Assembly (NCBI GenBank): GCA_964356375.1 | Contig: CAYHGT010000005.1 | Location: 1-55,221, forward strand | Length of the DNA stretch: 55,221 bases | Direction of reading: 5' to 3' | Source: an uncultured Candidatus Saccharibacteria bacterium | GTDB taxonomy: Bacteria; Patescibacteriota; Minisyncoccia; UBA6257; GWB1-50-10 | The notes under the pieces: generated by a model | Database searches by the model: none | Told to the model about the DNA's origin: nothing | What the model saw: only the letters and a program-made list of their open reading frames with translations | Made by a program: the position numbers and the translations under genes | Shown: piece after piece, positions 36,428 to 46,190 of the stretch | How positions within the stretch are numbered: the first letter of the stretch is position 1 | Layout: each line of letters starts with the position of its first letter

Positions 36428-37318
36428 ATGAGAATTTTCATTACTGGAGGAACTGGGTTTATTGGCTCGCGTTTGGTGCCGAAACTTTTGGCACGCGGAC
36501 ACAAACTGCTTTTTCTGACGAGAAAGGTGCCAAAAAAATCACTCGGGCGCGCATCCTCTGTTGTTGGAGATTTGAGCAACCAGAATGCATGGAGAGAGGA
36601 TCTAAAAAAATTCAAGCCGGATGCCGTCATTCATTTGGCTTGGGAGGGGCTTGAGAACTATGATTTTGAAGCGAGGGTGAGCTTAGCGAATATGAAAAAC
36701 AGTTTGGACTTGGTTTCTTTGGCGGCCGAGCTAAGGTGTAAAAAGTTTCTTTCCCTGGGGAGTTGTTGGGAATATGGGGGGGGAGAGGGTCCGAAAAAAG
36801 AATCCGATACGCTTAATCCACCGAGCCATATTCCTAGCTTCGTTTTCGCGAAAAGGGCTATTCAAACAATGGGAGAGCAGATTGCCCTGGAAAGTAAAAT
36901 GCAGTTTTTGTGGGCAAGATTATTTTTTGTCTATGGGCCCAGACAGAAACCTCGGACGCTCATAGCTCACTTGGTTAAGAATATTAAAGTGGGAACCGCG
37001 CCGGAAATAAAGAATAAATCTGGTGCCAACGATTTTGTTTTTATAGATGACGTAGCGGACGCGCTTCTCAATATTCTCGAAAATAGCAAAGAACAAAGTG
37101 CGATATATAACGTCGGTTCTGGCCGCCTCACTGGCGTGGGAGAAGTAGTGAAAGAGGTTTATAAAGATTTTAATATTCTCGCTCCGAAATGGTGTTTTAA
37201 AAAGACGACTCCGCGAGGTTTTTACGCCAACATCTTGAAAATAAAAAAAGAAATTGGTTGGAGACCGCGTACGAGCATGGCGGAGGGAATTAAAAAAACA
37301 ATTTTGCATTCTAAGTAA
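36428..37318 (+). CDS. NAD-dependent epimerase/reductase
   Basis: GGTGFIGS, HLAW, GSCWEYG, RLFFVYGP. Confidence 0.85.
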   Translation: MRIFITGGTGFIGSRLVPKLLARGHKLLFLTRKVPKKSLGRASSVVGDLSNQNAWREDLKKFKPDAVIHLAWEGLENYDFEARVSLANMKNSLDLVSLAAELRCKKFLSLGSCWEYGGGEGPKKESDTLNPPSHIPSFVFAKRAIQTMGEQIALESKMQFLWARLFFVYGPRQKPRTLIAHLVKNIKVGTAPEIKNKSGANDFVFIDDVADALLNILENSKEQSAIYNVGSGRLTGVGEVVKEVYKDFNILAPKWCFKKTTPRGFYANILKIKKEIGWRPRTSMAEGIKKTILHSK

Positions 37319-37319
37319 T

Positions 37320-38423
37320 ATGAAAAAAGTACTGGTTACGGGCTCTTTAGGGTATATAGGTAGTGTGTTGACCGGATATCTTGAGGAGCGCGGATATTCT
37401 TGCGTGGGATACGATACCGGCTTTTTCAGGGATTGTGTTTTGTACGCCCCGCCGGAAACCGAAACCATTTTAGGCGATGCCCGTGATATGAAAGAAGAAC
37501 ATCTTGACGGTGTTGATGCGGTGGTTCATTTGGCGGGAATTTCCAACGATCCATTTGGAAAACTGGATGTCTCGAGGATTTATGACCCCACCCGGGAATA
37601 CGCATTGAATATCGCGAAAATGTGCCAAGAAAAGGGCATCAAATTTGTGTATGCCTCCAGTTGTTCGGCATATGGATTGGGAGAGGCGGAACTTTTGACC
37701 GAGTCTTCTCCTGCGTACCCTCAGACGCCTTATTCCCTGAACAAACTTCAGGTGGAAGAAGACCTTCGCGCCATAAGCGGTAAAGATTTTTCTCCCGTGG
37801 CTCTCAGGTTCGCGACTGTTTTTGGCTCTTCTCCGCGTCCTCGATTTGACGTGGTCGTTAATATGTTTGTAGGGATGGCGGTAACTGCCCGCAAAATTAT
37901 TTTGAATTCGGACGGGTTGGCTTGGCGGCCGAATGTTCACATCCTTGATGTGTGCCAAGCGATAGAACGCGCGATTGAACATAATTCTGTGGAAGGTGGA
38001 CTTATGGTTTTGAATGTTGGAGATGAAGGAAACAATTTGCGGGTTATCGAGATTGCGAAAATAGTGCAGGACGCGGTTCCTGGATGCAAAATTGAATTTC
38101 TGGAAAAAAATCTGGCGCTGGATAAGGAGGGGTTAATACGTGACAGAAAAGTAAAAGGTGGCGTAGACACGCGCACCTATAGGGTGTCTTTTGAAAAGAT
38201 CAAAACCGTATTTCCGGGTTTCAAATGTGCTTGGCCCGTCAAGCGGGGGGTTGAGGAGATGGCGGGCCTGCTCGAAAAGCTGTTTTTTGGCAAAGACAAG
38301 CTCAAACAGAGAGATTTTTATCGCCTTCAAAAAATTGAGTCTCTTCACGAAAACAGATTTCTCTCGGACGATCTTCGGTGGCTGAAAGACCGCCCGGAAA
38401 TTCCGAAAACACCAAGGCTTTGA
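37320..38423 (+). CDS. NAD-dependent epimerase/dehydratase (paralog of 34202-35236)
   Basis: GSLGYIGS, HLAGISNDP, YSLNK, SDG.AWRP. Confidence 0.9.
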   Translation: MKKVLVTGSLGYIGSVLTGYLEERGYSCVGYDTGFFRDCVLYAPPETETILGDARDMKEEHLDGVDAVVHLAGISNDPFGKLDVSRIYDPTREYALNIAKMCQEKGIKFVYASSCSAYGLGEAELLTESSPAYPQTPYSLNKLQVEEDLRAISGKDFSPVALRFATVFGSSPRPRFDVVVNMFVGMAVTARKIILNSDGLAWRPNVHILDVCQAIERAIEHNSVEGGLMVLNVGDEGNNLRVIEIAKIVQDAVPGCKIEFLEKNLALDKEGLIRDRKVKGGVDTRTYRVSFEKIKTVFPGFKCAWPVKRGVEEMAGLLEKLFFGKDKLKQRDFYRLQKIESLHENRFLSDDLRWLKDRPEIPKTPRL

Positions 38424-38434
38424 TTTTGGCGATG

Positions 38435-38932
38435 CTATGCCTCAGAAGCTTTTTCTATAGCCTCTTTCTTAAGTAGCGAGAGGTACGGGGCGTTTTCGAC
38501 TGAGTTTTCTTGTGGCGCCCACGTGGCGAATTCTTTTTGTTTGGTCGCGGGGTTGTAAATACCCCTCATTTCTTCGTAGCAAATCGCGTAATCAGAAAAA
38601 ACCACTGGCACGTGCCATACGCCAGGCAGGACTTCCAGATAATCCTTCTTACCTTTTTCGAGAATTACACATTTTTCCACGGTGCCTCTTGGTTCGAAAA
38701 AAATCACGCCAATTTTCCCGTAAATGATTCGGAACCTTTCGATGTTTTCCTTTCCGATTTCCTTAGGATGGTTGTGCGGATGCATATAGGTGTCCGACAA
38801 CATGAAGTTTATTGTTTTGTTCAGTTCAGCGCCTGACTGATGCAAAATTTTTAAAGTCCGGTGTTTTTCCGAATTTTTGGCGGCCAACAGATATTTTTTT
38901 ATTTCTTCCAGAGACAATCGCGGCGTTTCCAT
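38435..38932 (-). CDS. WbuC-like cupin-fold metalloprotein
   Basis: 'ILH......NFM..DTYMHPH.H', 'E.F.II.G', 'PGVWH', 'FATWAPQE'. Confidence 0.8.
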   Translation of the reverse strand: METPRLSLEEIKKYLLAAKNSEKHRTLKILHQSGAELNKTINFMLSDTYMHPHNHPKEIGKENIERFRIIYGKIGVIFFEPRGTVEKCVILEKGKKDYLEVLPGVWHVPVVFSDYAICYEEMRGIYNPATKQKEFATWAPQENSVENAPYLSLLKKEAIEKASEA

Positions 38933-39012
38933 GTGTTTGTGGATATATAACATGTAAATTAGCATATATGCATCATCCTTGCAACCCATTTCTCAGCTGG
39001 TATCATAAAAAC

Positions 39013-39942
39013 ATGCCAATGGATTATGAAGTAAAAATAGCCGAAGATATTTTGAGGGTGCGGGTAAGCCAAATCATTATTAATGAAGAGCTTAGGGCTG
39101 GGAAATTCAAAATTCCCATACACCTCGCGCTTGGGCACGAATCTATTGCGGTTGCTGTGGCGAATGTGATGGAGGATGCGGATAAATTGATTCTCACCCA
39201 TCGAAACGCCGCATATAATTTAGCAAGGGAAAGATTGCTAAAGCCAATTATTGATGAATATCTGCTGATGCCTGCCGGTCTTGCGGCTGGGCGACTTGGG
39301 TCCATGAACTTGATGAACCCTGGGAAGGGTGTGATTTATAGCTCGAGCATTTTAGGGAACGGATTTCCTGTTGCTGTTGGTATCGCATTGGCGCAAAAAA
39401 ATTTGAATTCTGGAGGGCTAACAATTGTTTTGGGAGGCGATGGTTCGATAGAGGAGGGTAGTTTTTTCGAGAGTCTTACCATGTTAAAGAGCATGGATTT
39501 GAGCACGATGGTTATCATCGAGGATAATGAGTGGTCTCTTGCAACCCGCATTTCTGAGCGTCGGTGTCCTATAAACTTGGCGGAATTATGCAAATCACTA
39601 GGGATTTCTCATATAAAATTAGCAGGGAATGATCCCTTCGCTTATATAAAAAAACTTAAGGAGGCGCGAATGCGTTCGCTGGCGGACCAAAGCCCAATAT
39701 GCATTGAAGTAGTAGTAGCTACACTTGGAGATTGGGTTCTGGAGTCTCCAGAACATCCAGCCGGAAAATCTATCAACTATCATGCCGGCGCAACTCCAGC
39801 CGCGGAAATAAGCAAGTGGCCTGGTGTCTTGCATTCTTCCGACCAAGATCCTGTGTTTGTTCTGAAAAATTATTTCGACGAAGGATTTTTACGAGAAATG
39901 TCTATTAGGATTGCTGCTGAGATAAATAAAGAAATAGCATGA
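39013..39942 (+). CDS. ThDP-dependent dehydrogenase E1 alpha-like subunit
   Basis: HLALGHE, THR, GRLGSM, GDG..EEG.FFE, EDN; start inferred after TGGTATCAT. Confidence 0.85.
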   Translation: MPMDYEVKIAEDILRVRVSQIIINEELRAGKFKIPIHLALGHESIAVAVANVMEDADKLILTHRNAAYNLARERLLKPIIDEYLLMPAGLAAGRLGSMNLMNPGKGVIYSSSILGNGFPVAVGIALAQKNLNSGGLTIVLGGDGSIEEGSFFESLTMLKSMDLSTMVIIEDNEWSLATRISERRCPINLAELCKSLGISHIKLAGNDPFAYIKKLKEARMRSLADQSPICIEVVVATLGDWVLESPEHPAGKSINYHAGATPAAEISKWPGVLHSSDQDPVFVLKNYFDEGFLREMSIRIAAEINKEIA

Positions 39943-40883
39943 AATATATTAATTTTGTAAATAACCTGATTAAGGATGAGGTGGCAAAAGCTAGATATCT
40001 AACAGTATTTGGACAAAACATAAGTGCCGGCTCTTGCCTCGGCGGGCTTACAGAGGGATTGTTTGCGAGCCCGACTGGGATGATTTTGAATACCACAAAT
40101 GCCGAAAACTCACTGTGTGGATTGGGTTTTGGGTTGATGATGGGAGGAGTTTCGGGAGTTTTTTTTATGAAGCAACTGGACTTTCTTCTTCTGGGGGTAG
40201 ATCAGCTGGTCAATACTTACAACGTTATTCGCAATACAAAACTAAAAGATAGCGGCGGATCTTTTACGATAGTTCCTATTGTGGTTGATAACGGGTACCA
40301 GGGTCCGCAGTCGAGCCTTAATAATCTTTCAGATTTTTGTTCTATCGCCAGGATTCCTGGTTTTGCAGTTACCAACGCGGTAGATGCGGAAAATATTTTT
40401 AGAAACCACCTAGTTGCTCCCGGGTTCAGAATTATCGGAGTGAGCGCCCGACTTTTTGGAGAAGAAATAATCGAGCCCAAAAAGATCGTATATTCAAGTG
40501 AAGATTCCACTATCTTCCAATATTCCGAAGGCAAAGACATAACGATAGTCTGTTTCAATTTTTCTTTTCCGCAGGGGTGGCGGCTCGGGAAGGATCTTGA
40601 TAATCTGGGCATTGCGGTATCTCTTTTTAATGTCAATTCACCGACCCCAATATCTTGGGGACGGATCTTGGACAGCGTCCGGAGCACCGGAAAATTAGTT
40701 GTTATTGATGATAGTAAAAGCGAAAACATTCCTGGAGCTTCACTTCTCGCTGAGAGCGCGAGGTTAGGAGTTTCCAAAAAGCATTTGCTAATTACACGGA
40801 AACTTGGTTCTGATTGGCTCAACCCCGTCTCTGACTTGATGGAGATACAAAGTGAGGAGGTGGCGCATTGGGTTGGTGGATAG
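39939..40883 (+). CDS. ThDP-dependent E1 beta / transketolase C-like subunit
   Basis: FGQNI, 'NTTNAEN...G.GFG', DQLVN, 'EGKDITIV', 'SVRSTGKLVVIDD'; ATGA-coupled to the alpha subunit. Confidence 0.8.
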   Translation: MKYINFVNNLIKDEVAKARYLTVFGQNISAGSCLGGLTEGLFASPTGMILNTTNAENSLCGLGFGLMMGGVSGVFFMKQLDFLLLGVDQLVNTYNVIRNTKLKDSGGSFTIVPIVVDNGYQGPQSSLNNLSDFCSIARIPGFAVTNAVDAENIFRNHLVAPGFRIIGVSARLFGEEIIEPKKIVYSSEDSTIFQYSEGKDITIVCFNFSFPQGWRLGKDLDNLGIAVSLFNVNSPTPISWGRILDSVRSTGKLVVIDDSKSENIPGASLLAESARLGVSKKHLLITRKLGSDWLNPVSDLMEIQSEEVAHWVGG

Positions 40884-40959
40884 CCCTAATTTAATGATTG
40901 ACAATGATCATAATTCTAACTTAGAATTGGTGTAGCACTAAAAAATAAAGGGGAAAGAT

Positions 40960-41691
40960 ATGAACCAAACCGAAGCATTCAAGAAAGAAGTAGTGGACAA
41001 CATCAAAAAGCAGGGGAGGGACGCGGCTTTAAAAGCCCTTGCGTTGGAATTTACAACCAGGTCTTTGCTTGGAAAATATTCCTACAACTTCAGGTGGCTT
41101 GGGCGTCCGATTATACAACACCCACAGGATGTGGTGGCAATACAAGAGCTGATTTGGGATATTAAACCTGACTTGGTCATTGAGACCGGAATCGCGCACG
41201 GCGGCTCGCTCATTCTTTCCGCCTCTATCCTTGAGCTTATTGGGAAGGGCGAGGTTTTGGGTATCGATATTGATATTCGAAAACACAATCGTAGAGAGAT
41301 TGAAAAACATCGGATGTTCAAGCGGATAACAATGTTAGAGGGGTCCTCTATTGACCCCACTATCATTGAGAGGGTGAAAAAGCTTGCAAAAGGCAAGAAG
41401 AAGATTTTGATTTTCCTTGATTCTAATCATGCCCATGACCACGTGTTGCGCGAGCTCGAGCTCTATTCACCACTCATTTCTCGGGGCAGTTACATTGTAG
41501 TGTTTGATACCATCGCAGAGGATTTGCCCAAAGGTAGTATCAAAAACCGTCCATGGGACAAGGGTAGTAATCCCAAGACAGCAGTCAAGGTGTTTCTCAA
41601 AATACACAAAGACTTTGCGGTTGACCGGGCGATGGAGGATAAGCTTTTGATTACTGCGGCGCCGAACGGATTCTTGAGGCGTATTAAATAA
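40960..41691 (+). CDS. CmcI (cephalosporin hydroxylase)-family methyltransferase
   Basis: YSYNF.WLGRPIIQ.PQD, KPDLVIETGIAHGGS, LDSNH.HDHVL.EL. Confidence 0.9.
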   Translation: MNQTEAFKKEVVDNIKKQGRDAALKALALEFTTRSLLGKYSYNFRWLGRPIIQHPQDVVAIQELIWDIKPDLVIETGIAHGGSLILSASILELIGKGEVLGIDIDIRKHNRREIEKHRMFKRITMLEGSSIDPTIIERVKKLAKGKKKILIFLDSNHAHDHVLRELELYSPLISRGSYIVVFDTIAEDLPKGSIKNRPWDKGSNPKTAVKVFLKIHKDFAVDRAMEDKLLITAAPNGFLRRIK

Positions 41692-41696
41692 TTTAC

Positions 41697-42827
41697 ATGA
41701 CTCATTTTGGGAAAGATCTTCCGCTGGTAAGTATCTGCATCCCCGTCTTCAACGGCGGGGATTTAATTTACCATGCCCTCGAGAGTTGTATTCATCAAAC
41801 CTACAAAAATATAGAAATTATTGTGGCAGATAATGCATCTTCCGATGGCACAGAAGATGTTGTAAAAAAATACGCTACTCATGACAAAAGAGTAAGATAT
41901 TTTAGGCAGACTGAAAATATTGGGCCTACGAAAAATTTTTTATCCGCATTTGAATTGGCATCTGGTGAGTATGTTCAGTTGCTTGCACACGACGATTGGC
42001 TTTCTAAAAATTATATAGAAGAGTGTGTGGAAAGTTTTCTAGCCAACCCCGAGGCCGCAGTTGTTGTTGGTGGTCTGATTTCTTTGGTCGTTTCTGAGGA
42101 CGGATTTTTTAATTTTGATCGCGAAATTGGATTCGATTCCAAAAGATATTTCGTTCAGCACTTTTTGGGCGACTTGCGGAATAATCAGATGGCATCTCTT
42201 ATTATTTATTCGATGGCGAGGCGGCAGGACATTGTGGAGGCCACGAGATTGTGCTCAAAACTATTTGACACGCCGTCCAGCGTCCTTTCCGAGGAGGTTC
42301 GCGAACTTCACAAAAAAGGCTTTGGTATAGATATTGTTATTTCGCAAAAGCTTTTGTCAAAATATGGCTATTTTGTCTTCAATAATAAAATTCGCTACAT
42401 AAAAGTGGATCACGCCACTAATACTGGGAAAACAGCCGGGGCTGGGGTTGATATGCAAAATGCGCAAGGAATAATCAATAATTATTTCTACTATTTGCTT
42501 TGCAACGAATATCTCTACTCAACCCTTTTTAAGCCACATCTTTCAAGATTGAGATTGAGTATCGGGACCGACATGTGTGGCGAGCTCGTTCTCGGTTTTT
42601 TTAAATCGCGTTTACGCGCTAATTATTTTAAGGCGCTTGCTTTGAAAAACCTTCACAGTTTTTTTGGTAACTACACGTTTTTAGAAAAAGTAACCGTAGT
42701 GGGCATGATTGTGCCAAGTTTGATTTCACGTGTTTTTAGTGCTGTGGTGCGTAAATCGGCAGAGAAGAAGCCAGCCCCGTTCGGAGAAAAATATTTTCTA
42801 AATTCTGTGGGTAGGTTCGTGTTTTAG
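41697..42827 (+). CDS. Glycosyltransferase family 2
   Basis: VSICIPVFN, QTYKNIEIIV.DNASSD, HDD. Confidence 0.9.
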   Translation: MTHFGKDLPLVSICIPVFNGGDLIYHALESCIHQTYKNIEIIVADNASSDGTEDVVKKYATHDKRVRYFRQTENIGPTKNFLSAFELASGEYVQLLAHDDWLSKNYIEECVESFLANPEAAVVVGGLISLVVSEDGFFNFDREIGFDSKRYFVQHFLGDLRNNQMASLIIYSMARRQDIVEATRLCSKLFDTPSSVLSEEVRELHKKGFGIDIVISQKLLSKYGYFVFNNKIRYIKVDHATNTGKTAGAGVDMQNAQGIINNYFYYLLCNEYLYSTLFKPHLSRLRLSIGTDMCGELVLGFFKSRLRANYFKALALKNLHSFFGNYTFLEKVTVVGMIVPSLISRVFSAVVRKSAEKKPAPFGEKYFLNSVGRFVF

Positions 42828-42906
42828 TCATATTTGTTCGCGAGGCAGTCTCCAATCTCGGTGTGGGACATATTGTTTGTAGATTTTTCTGGTTTTGTTA
42901 TATACT

Positions 42907-43959
42907 ATGCAGATGCTCCTAACCAACGATCGAGATTGTGAAAAAATAAGACAAATAAAGAAAAAAGTGCTTGCCACGATAGATGAGCGGAACATGCTTG
43001 AATCTGCGGTGGACAAGACAAAGAAGAGAAGTATTTATTGGACCAATTTTTCAAACAGATTCCAATACTTATTTGGATTGGATGAAAAGTATTTTGGCGA
43101 ACTTAGGCATCACACGTATCATTTGGATGCTGACAGGTATGAGGAATACTGTTTTAAGGAACACGAGGGGAAATTTCGTCAGGAATGGGATGCGTTGGTA
43201 AAAAATTTACCTTCCAAATATAGATTATCCTCCTCTCGGATATTAGGGGATTTGGGATATTCCTTTGATAATTGCAATGTTGATTCAACGACCTTGCGGT
43301 TTCAGCAGTCTTTTCGCGCACTTTGGGAACGTGGTGTATTGCAAAGACTTGAGAAATTATCAGAGCAGAAAAAGGTTACCATTTTTGAGATTGGCGGAGG
43401 ATATGGTTCGTTTGCATACCACATGATGTGGCTGATAGACAATTCCGCTTATTTCATTGTTGATATACCAGAAACTCTTTTGTTTTCGGCCTCCTATCTT
43501 ACATTGAATTTCCCACAGAAGAGAGTTTACCTTTACGACTCTTCCGATTTTGACTTAGTGTTAAAAAATAAATTTTCCGAATTTGATATTGTGCTTCTTC
43601 CCAATTTTGTGACCAGTCGTTTGGGAGGACTACGATTTGATTTCGCGATCAATGTGCAGTCTTTCCAAGAAATGAAGCCGGAGCAGGTAGATGAGTATGC
43701 AAAGTTTCTAACCTCCGCTTTAGACGGGGAGTTGTATTCATGGAATATGGATGCGCAGCCATTCAACAAAGAGGGGGTGAATGTTTCGCAGCAGCTGGCG
43801 AAGTTTTTCAATCTTCACGAAATTCACTGGGTTACCCGCGCCCGTTCCATTTGGTCTAGAATTCCCGATATAAGTCCCAGAAAAATTTTTCAGCGATTCA
43901 CGCTCAAAACCCCACCCTATATGCATGTCAGAGAATATTTGTGTGTCAAAAAACAATAG
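42907..43959 (+). CDS. Putative sugar O-methyltransferase
   Basis: EIGGGYG, IVDIPETL, IN..SFQEM. Confidence 0.8.
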   Translation: MQMLLTNDRDCEKIRQIKKKVLATIDERNMLESAVDKTKKRSIYWTNFSNRFQYLFGLDEKYFGELRHHTYHLDADRYEEYCFKEHEGKFRQEWDALVKNLPSKYRLSSSRILGDLGYSFDNCNVDSTTLRFQQSFRALWERGVLQRLEKLSEQKKVTIFEIGGGYGSFAYHMMWLIDNSAYFIVDIPETLLFSASYLTLNFPQKRVYLYDSSDFDLVLKNKFSEFDIVLLPNFVTSRLGGLRFDFAINVQSFQEMKPEQVDEYAKFLTSALDGELYSWNMDAQPFNKEGVNVSQQLAKFFNLHEIHWVTRARSIWSRIPDISPRKIFQRFTLKTPPYMHVREYLCVKKQ

Positions 43960-45046
43960 CAAAAACCCGCTTGTAAGTATTTGCATTCCCGTTTTTAACA
44001 GCGAGCGTTTTATTTCTAATGCCATTGAGAGTTGTATACATCAAACATATCGGAATATTGAGGTTATAGTGGTAGACAACGCTTCTACGGATAAAACCAG
44101 AGAAATTGTACTGGGGTATGCCGCAACGAATCCTCAAATTAAATATTTCAGGAACGCAACCACCGTTCCCATAATGCGGAATTTTTATAAGACGTTCGAA
44201 TACGCATCAGGTGAGTTTGTGCAGCACGTCGGCCACGATGATTGGCTCGCGAGAAATTATGTTGAAGAAGCGGTTTCGGTTTTTGAGGCGGATCCTCTCG
44301 CAGCGGGTATAATGCACCGCACAATCAGTCTTCTGTTTTTCAATAACGTGTTTACTTTGAACGGCAATATCTCAATTCCGGATGATTCGTATTCCACTGA
44401 TTATATGACAAAAAAAGTGCTTAATTCTGAAATCGCAGGAATTTCATTTTTAGTTTTTATGCGTAGAAAAGATGTGTTAGATGCTGAATCCACGCTCATC
44501 CCGCTTTTTGACAATCCGAAGTATGGAAAAATGTATGAGGGGGCGCAGGGAACTGATTGGATCGTTTTTCTAAAAGTGTTATCAGAATACACACATTTTA
44601 GATTTTCTAATAAAACAGCATTTATTAAGGTTGGGCACTCAAGCAATGCTGGTTTTTCTTTTGGGCATGACATAGCAACCCCCAATGGAATTTTGCGTTT
44701 TAGGGATTTTGCGCGGCAGTGCTTGGGACCAATTTATGAAGAGAAATTCCCAAGGCGGTTGAGCTATATGCGCGTCGTGCTCGGCGCTTCAGCAATAATT
44801 GATATTATTGCAGCTGTTTTTAAAAATCGTCTTAGCACTTCTTACATTAAAAAAATAGATTGTAGACAAATAAGGGCGTTTTTCGAATCATATTCCTTTA
44901 TAGAAAAAACATGGACGGTTGGATATGCGTCCTATCTATTGTTTTCAAGGACATTTAACTATTTTTTTAAAATGCGCTCCAATTTAGCGCGCCTCGTAAA
45001 TTCTGAGGTGTTCTTTCTCGACGATAACTTAAATTTTAAAGTCTGA
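43925..45046 (+). CDS. Glycosyltransferase family 2 (paralog of 41697-42827)
   Basis: VSICIPVFN, HQTY.NIE.IVVDNAS, HDDWL; start uncertain. Confidence 0.9.
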   Translation: MSENICVSKNNSKNPLVSICIPVFNSERFISNAIESCIHQTYRNIEVIVVDNASTDKTREIVLGYAATNPQIKYFRNATTVPIMRNFYKTFEYASGEFVQHVGHDDWLARNYVEEAVSVFEADPLAAGIMHRTISLLFFNNVFTLNGNISIPDDSYSTDYMTKKVLNSEIAGISFLVFMRRKDVLDAESTLIPLFDNPKYGKMYEGAQGTDWIVFLKVLSEYTHFRFSNKTAFIKVGHSSNAGFSFGHDIATPNGILRFRDFARQCLGPIYEEKFPRRLSYMRVVLGASAIIDIIAAVFKNRLSTSYIKKIDCRQIRAFFESYSFIEKTWTVGYASYLLFSRTFNYFFKMRSNLARLVNSEVFFLDDNLNFKV

Positions 45047-45064
45047 CACACATAATTTATTTCG

Positions 45065-46105
45065 ATGAAGATACTCATTGTTGGAACTGGTGGTGAGGGT
45101 AGCACGGATCTTTTCGTTGTTTCCGCATTTCGTCAGATGAGATACGAAGTCCTATTTTTCGATATGAGAGATTATTTCCGTCTCGGATTTTTGAATCGAG
45201 TGATAAACAGACTTAGAAAAACGCCACATTACTGGGGCGTAGAAAAAATAAACGATGCGGTATTGAAAAGTGCGTACCAGTTTTTGCCAGACCTGATTCT
45301 GTTTATTAAACCAGTATACTTTTTTCCAGAAACTATCACGAAATTAAAATTAATTAGCAAAGTATTTTCTTGGTACCCTGATTATATTTTGTTTCCAAAG
45401 ACGTCAAGCCACCTGTTTTACAAAACGATATCTCTCTACGATTGCCATTTTTCATTTAATTTTGCGAATGCGGAGGAATTAAAAAAGCGCGGAGCGCAGA
45501 TGTCTCTATTTCTTCCGTGTGCGGCAGATCTTGACTTTCACAAGCCGGTTTCTATGTCCGCGGAAGAAAAAAAATATTTCGGCTCGGATATCGCATTTGT
45601 TGGTACTTACGCTCAAGAGAAGCGGTTAGAATATTTGGAGCGCCTTTGCCATAACAGATACGATATAAAAATTTGGGGGAATGGATGGAATAGGTGTCCA
45701 AAGAATATGTGTCTGGTTGGTAGTGGGAAGATTCAATTTAGGCAGGTACTTGGGGATGAAATGTCAAAGGTATTTAATGCGTCAAAAATTGTGCTCGCAT
45801 TTGTGCGCCAACATAATAGCGAAACGCTTGCTTGCCGTACGTATGAAATTCCTGCCTGCGGAGGATTTTTGCTTCACGAGAGAACCGCCAAAACAGGAGA
45901 GGTGTTTCGAGAGGGGGTTGAGGCGGAGTTTTTCTCTTCTTATGAGGAGATGCAAAAAAAGATCGACATATATCTTGCCGATGATCGGCTGAGGCACAAA
46001 GTTGCGGATGCGGGCAGGGCAAAGATTGTCAGTGGCGGACACTTATTTAAGGATAGGGTTGTGGTAATCGTCCGAGTTTTTGACGCGCTACAAGGTGTGA
46101 AATAA
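45065..46105 (+). CDS. CgeB-like glycosyltransferase
   Basis: DIAFVGT, IWGNGW, RTYEIPACGGFLL. Confidence 0.85.
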   Translation: MKILIVGTGGEGSTDLFVVSAFRQMRYEVLFFDMRDYFRLGFLNRVINRLRKTPHYWGVEKINDAVLKSAYQFLPDLILFIKPVYFFPETITKLKLISKVFSWYPDYILFPKTSSHLFYKTISLYDCHFSFNFANAEELKKRGAQMSLFLPCAADLDFHKPVSMSAEEKKYFGSDIAFVGTYAQEKRLEYLERLCHNRYDIKIWGNGWNRCPKNMCLVGSGKIQFRQVLGDEMSKVFNASKIVLAFVRQHNSETLACRTYEIPACGGFLLHERTAKTGEVFREGVEAEFFSSYEEMQKKIDIYLADDRLRHKVADAGRAKIVSGGHLFKDRVVVIVRVFDALQGVK

Positions 46106-46190
46106 CCAAAAATGAACGACCTGTAATAGTTGCCAAGCGCTCCATTTCGTTTTAATGTGGGCTTAGTCATTTACCAATTGGAGGAATACT

